From Gemmatimonadota bacterium (GTDB lineage Bacteria > Latescibacterota > UBA2968 > UBA8231): a stretch of 23,616 bases of DNA. Made by a program: the position numbers and the translations under genes. The notes beneath the pieces were generated by a model. That model was not told where the DNA came from and searched no databases. It worked only from the letters and a program-made list of their open reading frames with translations. The number at the start of each line of letters is the position of its first letter. The stretch's first letter is position 1. Positions 1-6,893 of this stretch are shown one piece after another. The stretch covers positions 28,849 through 52,464 of the forward strand of contig JAYPJE010000010.1 of assembly GCA_038128265.1 (NCBI GenBank), written 5' to 3'.

Positions 1-1278
1 CGGCGTGGCCGTCATGACCAGTAAGTCGGGCTTTTCTCCCTTCTTATACAGGGCTCCGCGCTGAACGACGCCGAAGCGGTGCTGCTCATCGACAACGGCT
101 AGTCCCAACCGCGCAAACTCGACGTCCGACTGAATAAGCGCATGCGTTCCCACTGCGATCTGCGCCGCGCCGCTGGCCAGTGCCTCCTGCACCTGACGCC
201 GCGCCTTTACCCGCTGTTTACCCTTTACCAAAACAGCCTGCAGCCCCAGCGGTTCGACTAGGCTGCGCACGGTTAAGAAGTGCTGCTCTGCGAGAATTTC
301 CGTTGGTGCCATCAGGGCCGCCTGATAGCCATTTTCGACCGCTGTCAGCATGGCGCACAGCCCTACCAGCGTTTTGCCCGAACCCACGTCCCCCTGCACC
401 AGCCGGTTCATTGGATGCGGCTCGTGCATATCAGCCGCTATTTCGTCCACTACGCGCTCTTGGGCGGCCGTAAGGGCAAACGGCAGCGAATCCAGCAGCT
501 GGGGCACGCGCTCCTGACTTGGGCGAAAGGCAATCCCAGAGGGTTCGGCGAGACGGCGCGCACGCAGGCGCGCGAGGCGCAGCTGCAGGTGAAAAAACTC
601 ACCAAAGGCCAGGCGCGCACGCGCGCGTTCTACCTCGCTCATATCGCTGGGAAAATGAAGGCCCTTGAGCGCATCCGCCAGCGGCATGAGCCCCTGGCGA
701 GTGCGCACAGCCGCTGGTAGGTCGTCCGCGAGTTGCCCGGCAAATTCCTCGAGCGCACCGCGCATCAAACGGCGAAATGCGCGGCTGCGCAATCCGCGTT
801 CCTTCATATCGGCACTGGAGGTATAGAGCGGAATAATACCGCCGGTGTGCAGCAGTTCGCCTTCGCCAGCCGAAGCGACGAATTCGTACTCGGGGTGGAC
901 AATCTGCCGCCGACCCTGGAATAGATCGACCTTGCCACTGAGGGCCAGCTCATCCCCTTCGTCGAAGTTGTGCTGCATATAGCGCCCACCCGAAAACCAC
1001 GTGCAGGTGATGTCGTCCGTCTCGTCCTCGACGACCAACACAAAGCGCGGCCGTCGGCCGGGGATAAATTGCATGCTGCGCACCTGACCGATCAGCGTTA
1101 TTTCCTCGCCAATCGGCGACCGGCCAATCGGCACGATACGCGTGCGGTCGACGTAGCGCCGCGGCCTGTACCAAAGGAGATCGCCCAGCGTAAAAATGCC
1201 CGCTTCGTTGAGAACAGCTGCTCTCTTAGCGCCGATCCCCCGCACCTTATCTATCGTTAAATCAACAACTTCGGCCAT
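1..1278 (-). CDS. recG: ATP-dependent DNA helicase RecG (3' end runs off the window)
   Basis: Absent from the ORF track because it has no stop in the window. Manual translation from ATG 1278 gives MAEVVDLTIDKVRGIGAKRAAVLNEAGIFTLGDLLWYRPRRYVDR, then wedge-domain ALSGKVDLFQGRRQIVHPE, ARARLAFGEFF, Walker A MNRLVQGDVGSGKT (about 370-411), VGTHALIQ, VVDEQHRFG and LLVMTATP at the edge, all in one frame. Confidence 0.97.
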   Translation of the reverse strand, partial: MAEVVDLTIDKVRGIGAKRAAVLNEAGIFTLGDLLWYRPRRYVDRTRIVPIGRSPIGEEITLIGQVRSMQFIPGRRPRFVLVVEDETDDITCTWFSGGRYMQHNFDEGDELALSGKVDLFQGRRQIVHPEYEFVASAGEGELLHTGGIIPLYTSSADMKERGLRSRAFRRLMRGALEEFAGQLADDLPAAVRTRQGLMPLADALKGLHFPSDMSEVERARARLAFGEFFHLQLRLARLRARRLAEPSGIAFRPSQERVPQLLDSLPFALTAAQERVVDEIAADMHEPHPMNRLVQGDVGSGKTLVGLCAMLTAVENGYQAALMAPTEILAEQHFLTVRSLVEPLGLQAVLVKGKQRVKARRQVQEALASGAAQIAVGTHALIQSDVEFARLGLAVVDEQHRFGVVQRGALYKKGEKPDLLVMTATP

Positions 1279-1305
1279 TTATTATCACGTGCTATAAAGT
1301 ACTGT

Positions 1306-1332
1306 TAAAGAGATTTCTGCCCCCGCCGATCT
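1306..1332 (+). promoter_or_regulatory. Putative sigma-28 (FliA/SigD) promoter
   Basis: TAAA(1306-1309)-N15-GCCGATCT(1325-1332) against consensus TAAA-N15-GCCGATAA. Exact spacing, 47 nt upstream of the PilZ gene. Confidence 0.65.
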
Positions 1333-1379
1333 CTAAAGGGGAATACGCGTCTGTTTACCCGCTTCGAGGATCCAAGGCC

Positions 1380-2171
1380 ATGCCCACTTATTTCAAGCGA
1401 GACACCCCATCCTTGCCCATAGAAATCGGCGATCGCCTGCGCTTGCGCTATGACCAACCGCACCGCGGTTACGTGGAACAGACCGGGCTCCTGCAGGACG
1501 TGCGCAACGGCGCGCTGTGCATTGATGTGGATCCCACCTGCCGGCCGCTGCGCGGCTCGATCGTACAGGTAAGCAGCCTATGCGCCAACGCGGACGAGGT
1601 GGCATTTTCCAGCGAAATCCTCGGTCGCCATCGCCGGCAGGGCCAGTTGCCCGTCCTCCTCGTCAAAGTGCCAACGGCGGATACAGACCAGCGCCGCACT
1701 GCCCATCGCATAGAGGCAGCACTCAAGGCAGAAGCTCACTGGGAAGATGACGAGCTCACACAAAGACGGCAAACGGGCGTGTTGACGAATTTAAGCGGTG
1801 GAGGGGCGTGTCTGTTCACGCGCGCGCGGCCCGAGGTCGAACGCCTGCACATCGACATCTGTGCTCCCGATGCCTTTATCGAAGGGTGGGCCGCGCGGAG
1901 CGCCGAGCGCATGCATCGCGCCCCCCGTGCCGGCGCTGTGTGCACGGACCCCCTGCAGGCGGTGCGCCAGGCCCTGTCCAAGGAATTTGAAAACATCGAG
2001 TGCCGCATTGTCGAAAGCAGCGTATACAAGCGCGACAAACGCGGTCCCATACACGCGCTGGCCCTGTCTTATGTCGCTCCTCGCGAGAGCTGTTTTCGCC
2101 TAGTTCGCTTTCTGGAACGGCAGGCGCTCCAGCGCGGCCTGGAAGCACCGCAGCCGCGGGTAGCCGCCTAG
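1380..2171 (+). CDS. PilZ-domain c-di-GMP-binding protein, YcgR/flagellar-brake-like
   Basis: 263 aa. QRRTAHR (RxxxR) and NLSGGG (D/NxSxxG) motifs follow a predicted beta-rich N-terminal domain of about 100 aa. C-terminal helix LVRFLERQAL. GAGGA RBS upstream. Confidence 0.85.
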   Translation: MPTYFKRDTPSLPIEIGDRLRLRYDQPHRGYVEQTGLLQDVRNGALCIDVDPTCRPLRGSIVQVSSLCANADEVAFSSEILGRHRRQGQLPVLLVKVPTADTDQRRTAHRIEAALKAEAHWEDDELTQRRQTGVLTNLSGGGACLFTRARPEVERLHIDICAPDAFIEGWAARSAERMHRAPRAGAVCTDPLQAVRQALSKEFENIECRIVESSVYKRDKRGPIHALALSYVAPRESCFRLVRFLERQALQRGLEAPQPRVAA

Positions 2172-2175
2172 CGGA

Positions 2176-2205
2176 TTGACACGCAGCCAAAGGGACGATT
2201 ATCTT
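2176..2205 (+). promoter_or_regulatory. Putative sigma-70 promoter for the membrane protein gene
   Basis: TTGACA(2176-2181)-N18-TATCTT(2200-2205). Confidence 0.4.
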
Positions 2206-2250
2206 TCGCCCACCCCACAGCTCTTTTCCCTTGCCCATTTGGAGCGACGC

Positions 2251-2736
2251 GTGTCTTCTCGCCTGTCGTTTTCACAGTATTTGGTGGGACATGCCGCGCC
2301 GGTCAGGCCGCCGTTTTTTTACGCCTATATAGGCATGTGGCTGCACTTGCTGCTAGCCGGTGGCGTGGGCCTGCTGCTGGTAGCATCCGATGCGCTATCT
2401 CTGCTATCGTCGCTGGTGATGGCCTCGCTGGCGCTGGGCCTGATCATCTACGCCCTTCTCGCACGCCAATATGCCCTCTGCATCAATGCCTTTTCATACG
2501 CTGCCTATATGGCGTCTGCTTTCTCATCGAGCGCGTACGGCGTCCTGCTCGCCGTGGCTCTTAGTGCATCCCTCGTTTCCACTCACGTTCTCTTTGCACG
2601 CGAATACAGGCTATATCACCGCGAAGCCTTAGCGGAGGACATCCCACCCGTTCCAACCTGGGCGACGGCAGGCACCGCAGCACTCGTTCTCGCGCTCTTT
2701 GCCTTCGCCCTGGCTCTGCTGCCTAACGGATTTTAA
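2251..2736 (+). CDS. Hypothetical integral membrane protein (about 161 aa, 4-5 TM segments)
   Basis: In frame with ORF 2176..2736. GTG 2251 is preferred because GGAG lies at 2241-2244. Several hydrophobic stretches, no family recognised. The 3' end overlaps the mraY stop by 14 nt. Confidence 0.7.
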   Translation: MSSRLSFSQYLVGHAAPVRPPFFYAYIGMWLHLLLAGGVGLLLVASDALSLLSSLVMASLALGLIIYALLARQYALCINAFSYAAYMASAFSSSAYGVLLAVALSASLVSTHVLFAREYRLYHREALAEDIPPVPTWATAGTAALVLALFAFALALLPNGF

Positions 2737-3829
2737 TCGTCGCCAACCCGCACAGAGCCAGAATACCCGCTACGATCCAAAAGCGAATGACGATCTTGGT
2801 GTCGGCCAGGCCCCGCTGCTGGAAATGGTGGTGAATGGGCGCGCGCGCAAAAAAGCGCCGCCCCAGCCACTTGACGCCAATCTTGTCTTGTATAATGACC
2901 GAAAGGGCCTCGGCGACAAAGATCCCACCGACGATCAAAAAGAGAAACTCCTGTTTGACCAACACGGCTACCGTGCCCAGCAGACCGCCCAGCGCCATCG
3001 AACCCGTATCGCCCATAATTACATTGGCCGGATACGAATTAAACCACAGAAAGCCGAGGCACGCGCCAAAGACGATTGAGCAAATAATGGCAACCTCCCC
3101 CACGCCAGGCATAAAGGGAAAGATGAGAAACTCGGCAAAGCGCGCGTGGCTGGAGATATAGGCAAATACGCCAAAGACCGCCACGACAAAAGCCGTGGGG
3201 ACGACCGCCAGGCCATCGACCCCGTCGGCTATATTTACCGCGTTGGATATCGCCGTTATGGTAAATGCGATAAAGGGGATGTAAAACCAGGTCAAGTCAA
3301 TCAGCGGATACTTGAGAAAGGGCACGTACAGCTGCGTGGCCACTTCGGGCGGTAGCGGCGTTAGACCGGCCGTGGCGTATATAGCGCCAAAGACCAGACA
3401 ATAGCCTCCCTGCAGAGCCAATTTCGCCGTTTCCGACAGGCCGTGATCGCTGCTGCGGTGGCGCACTTTCAAGTAGTCGTCTACCCAACCGAGCCCGGCA
3501 AAGAACAGCAATCCTCCCAGGCACAGCAGCACAAATCCAGTGTGCAATTTACACCACAGGACGACACTGATCAGGATGACGGCGACCAGCAGTGGCCCCC
3601 CATAGGTCTTAGAGGGATTGCCGGCAGAAGAGTAGTTGAGATAGTTGCGGGGCCGATCGCGGTGACCGAGAAGGTAAAAATAGCGAATTACGCGCCCGCC
3701 AAAGAGGATCGTCAGGAGCAACGCCGTAATGGCACCGCAGATGGCGCGAAAGCTGATGGAGTCGACTAGGCGCAGAAAAGACAGCGCCGTGAATGCCTCC
3801 TGAAGATAAATGCCTACGTAGTAGATCAT
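2723..3829 (-). CDS. mraY: Phospho-N-acetylmuramoyl-pentapeptide transferase MraY (divergent)
   Basis: 368 aa, multi-TM. Motifs GWVDDYLK, SNAVNIADGVDGLA, GFLWFNSYPANVIMGDTGSMALGG, EALSVIIQ, APIHHHF, KIVIRFWI. Confidence 0.92.
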   Translation of the reverse strand: MIYYVGIYLQEAFTALSFLRLVDSISFRAICGAITALLLTILFGGRVIRYFYLLGHRDRPRNYLNYSSAGNPSKTYGGPLLVAVILISVVLWCKLHTGFVLLCLGGLLFFAGLGWVDDYLKVRHRSSDHGLSETAKLALQGGYCLVFGAIYATAGLTPLPPEVATQLYVPFLKYPLIDLTWFYIPFIAFTITAISNAVNIADGVDGLAVVPTAFVVAVFGVFAYISSHARFAEFLIFPFMPGVGEVAIICSIVFGACLGFLWFNSYPANVIMGDTGSMALGGLLGTVAVLVKQEFLFLIVGGIFVAEALSVIIQDKIGVKWLGRRFFARAPIHHHFQQRGLADTKIVIRFWIVAGILALCGLATIKIR

Positions 3830-5850
3830 AGAACGCGCACGTCGCGGCTACCGCCTTCGCGGCTGGCTCCCACCTGCTGCGACAGCGCGCGCAGCGACTC
3901 GTTGAGTGCAAAGGTCGGCGTAAAGTGGGGCGATGATGCGATGATCCCATCCAGGTCGCGCGCGACCTCGTCGGCGCTAAATACGCCGCGTTCTACGCCG
4001 CGTGCCAATGCGCCGACTACGCCCTGGCGAAACTGTCCGTTGGGATGCAAATAGAAGCCGCGCAGTCGGGGCAGCAGGCCGCTGCCCGTTCCAATCTCGC
4101 CCAGCGCGTTGAGCGCTGCCACTACCACATCGGGCGAACGATCGTCGAGCGCCTGCATGAGCGCCGACTCTGCAGCAGCATCGACCGCCCCCGCTTCGCC
4201 CAACATCCGCGCAGAGGCCGCACGCACTTCAAAGTAGGGATCCTCTACCAGCGCCACTGCCAGCGCCGCCCGCGTCGAGACATCGTCTGCACCCAAGCCT
4301 CCAATGCCCCACTCGACTACGTTGCGCCGCAAAATACCGCCGTGCTGATAGTCTCCTCCACACAGGCGCCGCAGGCGAGAAACCGGTCGACGGTCCAACA
4401 AAATCTTCAACAGCAGCGGGCGCTGTGCCTCGTAGGCCAGCAGGCCAACCAATTTGATGCCAACGTTGCACCGCCCCAGTGGCACCTCATACCAAGCACG
4501 GGATACGAGCAGGCGATCCGCCTGGTAGCGCAGGTACGCTAGCTCGGCCGGCGCCATCGCCCCTATCCCCCCCCCTTCGCGCAGCTGTGCCTGCACCCAA
4601 CGCAGCAGCGCATTGGCGTCGGCCGGTGGACCACTGCGGCGCAGCGGAAACTCCAAATTCAGCGGCGCGCCGCGGCGTTCGGTAGCCAACTGCCCAATCT
4701 CGTCCATTATCAGCGCCAGGCTGTCGCGCTGCGGCAGCTTTGCTGCGGCCTGTGCCATGGCATTCAGGCGCCCTGTATCGCTGAGAAGGTCCTGCAGGCA
4801 GCGCCCCAACTCCTCGCCGTCGACCGCACTTTCCAGCCCGAGATCGCCCCAGCGCGCGCGCTGGTAGATAACCTGGGCGGCGCCCAGCCGTTCCATTTCT
4901 CGCGCATTGGCCGCCTGATGATCTTCCGCTGCCGTAGCCAGCGGCACAATGAGTGCGGGTTTGCCCGCCACGCACAGCTCTGTCAGCGTGCCAGCCCCTC
5001 CTCTGCACACTACCAGATCAGCCGCGGCATAGGCCCGGTGGATGTCATCCATATACTCCAGTGGGCGATACCACGTTGCATCGTTGGCCAAACCCAAATG
5101 GGCCACTGCTTCTCGCGTGTCGGCGACGGCATCGTAGTCTGGACCGCGGTAGCGCCCTGTGATGTGCAGCACGCAGAGATTGTCCATACGGGCCAGCCTC
5201 GGCAGCGCCGCAACCAAGGCTTCGTTGACGACGCGCGCACCGCCGGAACCGCCAAATACCAATACCACCTGGACGTCCGGATCCAAGCCCAACGCCGCGC
5301 GCGATGCATCGCGGTCGAGTTCGAGAAATTCGCGGCGCACCGGGTACCCGACTACGGCGACTCGTTTCATATCAAACCAGCGGCCGGCCTGTTCAAAGGC
5401 AATGCCAACGCGGTGGGCAAGGCGGCCGACAACCTGGTTGAGCATGCCCGGATGGGCATTGGGTTCGTAGAGGAATACGCGCGCGCGCGACAGCCCGATT
5501 TTCTGCAGCAAACCGTGCGCAAAGAGAATGGGAGCGCTGACGTACCCGCCGGTGCCAACGATGACCTGTGGACGAAAACGCAGCAAGATAATTATGCTCT
5601 GGACGATCCCCCAGGCGAGGACGAGGGCGAAAGCTACCAGAGCGCGCACAGAGCGCGAGCGAGGATAGGCGCGCGCGCGCACAAAGCGAATTGGAAAGTC
5701 ACGAGCGGGCACCGCCCACGCCTCCAACTTATCGCGCCGCCCCACGTAGAGAAAGCGCGCGTCGCTCTGGCGTCGCCGGATTTCTTCGGCAATGGCCAAC
5801 GCCGGATAGACGTGCCCTCCCGTTCCCCCTCCTGTAAGCAGATATCTCAT
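3826..5850 (-). CDS. murG: MurG-type GT28 glycosyltransferase fused to a C-terminal HEAT-repeat-like domain
   Basis: The first about 390 aa carry GGGTGGHVYP, GTGGYVS, EPNAHPG, GYPVR, FGGSGGA, AADLVVCRGGAGTLTE and DHQAANA. The remaining about 280 aa look helical, with DPYFEVRAASARMLGE and ALDDRSPDVVVAALNALGEIG. ATGA overlap with mraY. Confidence 0.9.
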   Translation of the reverse strand: MRYLLTGGGTGGHVYPALAIAEEIRRRQSDARFLYVGRRDKLEAWAVPARDFPIRFVRARAYPRSRSVRALVAFALVLAWGIVQSIIILLRFRPQVIVGTGGYVSAPILFAHGLLQKIGLSRARVFLYEPNAHPGMLNQVVGRLAHRVGIAFEQAGRWFDMKRVAVVGYPVRREFLELDRDASRAALGLDPDVQVVLVFGGSGGARVVNEALVAALPRLARMDNLCVLHITGRYRGPDYDAVADTREAVAHLGLANDATWYRPLEYMDDIHRAYAAADLVVCRGGAGTLTELCVAGKPALIVPLATAAEDHQAANAREMERLGAAQVIYQRARWGDLGLESAVDGEELGRCLQDLLSDTGRLNAMAQAAAKLPQRDSLALIMDEIGQLATERRGAPLNLEFPLRRSGPPADANALLRWVQAQLREGGGIGAMAPAELAYLRYQADRLLVSRAWYEVPLGRCNVGIKLVGLLAYEAQRPLLLKILLDRRPVSRLRRLCGGDYQHGGILRRNVVEWGIGGLGADDVSTRAALAVALVEDPYFEVRAASARMLGEAGAVDAAAESALMQALDDRSPDVVVAALNALGEIGTGSGLLPRLRGFYLHPNGQFRQGVVGALARGVERGVFSADEVARDLDGIIASSPHFTPTFALNESLRALSQQVGASREGGSRDVRVL

Positions 5851-6016
5851 CGCCCAAACGCCGCTTTAGCAGAGTTTCCGCGCTATCTATTGGCCTACAA
5901 GGGGGTGATAGACGCGAAATTCTCGGGTGAAAAAAGGGCTATTTACACCCCATCAAAAATAACGTAAACAAATATATATACAAAAGTTATGGGTGTCTAT
6001 TGCAATTTATCTTTGC

Positions 6017-6044
6017 TTGACATAGGCGACGGCATATCCATAAT
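6017..6044 (+). promoter_or_regulatory. Putative sigma-70 promoter for phyH (6080)
   Basis: TTGACA(6017-6022)-N16-CATAAT(6039-6044), with an AT-rich region upstream. Confidence 0.6.
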
Positions 6045-6079
6045 TTTCACCCAATGCACCCCAGAGAAACGAGCCCCCA

Positions 6080-6820
6080 ATGACGCCAGCACACGCCGCC
6101 CTCGAACCCGATCACATCGCCGCATTTCACCGCGAGGGCTTCTTAGTGGTAGAAGACCTTCTCAGCGCAGAAGAAGTGGATAGATTTATCGAATACGAAG
6201 CGCGCGGAGTCGGTGATGGTCCCCGTGGTCTGCAGCGGCACAAAGTCGACGAACAGTGGGCACACATCGCCCATCATCCGCGCATTGGCAGCATCGTCCG
6301 CCAGCTGGGCGGTCCCCACCCACAGATCGTCCAAACCATGTATATGAACAAGGCTCCTTCCGGGGGCACCGGCGTAGCCCTACATCAGGATACCCATTAT
6401 ATACGAAACGAGCCCAATACGCTGATGGCCTGCTGGATCGCTCTCAGCGATACGGACGGCGATAACGGCGGCCTGTGCGTGGTTCCCCAGAGCAACCACA
6501 ACGGGCTCTATGAATTTGAGCGCGTGCGCGATACGGACCAACACACTTCATGGGAACAGGTCTATCCGATGAGCGATCGGCAGGGAAAAGCGTGGGAAGA
6601 GACGATGCACTCCTTTGATATCAAGGGCCTGCGCGACGAAGAGATCGCGCGTCTTAGCGTCCCCTGTGGAGCGGGCGTATTCTTCACCGGGATGACCGTG
6701 CACGGCTCCTATGCCAACGATTCGACCGACCGGCCGCGGCGCGCCTTTGCAACGCATTTCGTGCAGGAGGGCACCTGGATTTTCCGCCGCGATCTACAGG
6801 AGATGGTCGCCCTTCACTGA
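6080..6820 (+). CDS. Phytanoyl-CoA dioxygenase (PhyH) family Fe(II)/2-oxoglutarate oxygenase
   Basis: FHREGFLVVEDLLS start, HQD iron ligands, WIALSD...NGGLCVVPQS, VHGSYAN...RR. Confidence 0.92.
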   Translation: MTPAHAALEPDHIAAFHREGFLVVEDLLSAEEVDRFIEYEARGVGDGPRGLQRHKVDEQWAHIAHHPRIGSIVRQLGGPHPQIVQTMYMNKAPSGGTGVALHQDTHYIRNEPNTLMACWIALSDTDGDNGGLCVVPQSNHNGLYEFERVRDTDQHTSWEQVYPMSDRQGKAWEETMHSFDIKGLRDEEIARLSVPCGAGVFFTGMTVHGSYANDSTDRPRRAFATHFVQEGTWIFRRDLQEMVALH

Positions 6821-6893
6821 GCCTTCCCACGGAACGCAAAAACCGCCGCAGGAACACCGCGCTGGACGGCGTATTCTACCTATAGAACTGCAT

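Noticed and set aside
180..1260. Short ORFs listed in the track (180..473, 280..720, 733..924, 804..1043, 950..1174, 970..1260)
   Set aside because: All are shadow or off-frame ORFs of recG, which occupies 1..1278 on the minus strand.
1279..1308. Near-palindromes and a TTAACA-N16-GATAAT element upstream of recG (possible SOS box or leaderless promoter)
   Set aside because: No match to a LexA box I can name, and the -10 would end only 2 nt before the ATG, too close for a leaderless transcript.
4918..5967. 349-aa plus-strand ORF antisense to murG
   Set aside because: No recognisable motifs; long antisense frames are expected opposite real genes in GC-rich DNA.
6821..6893. Possible bidirectional terminator between convergent phyH and epimerase
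   Set aside because: Only short or weak stems (CGCCG/CGGCG, TTCTA/TAGAA) and no adjacent U-tract.
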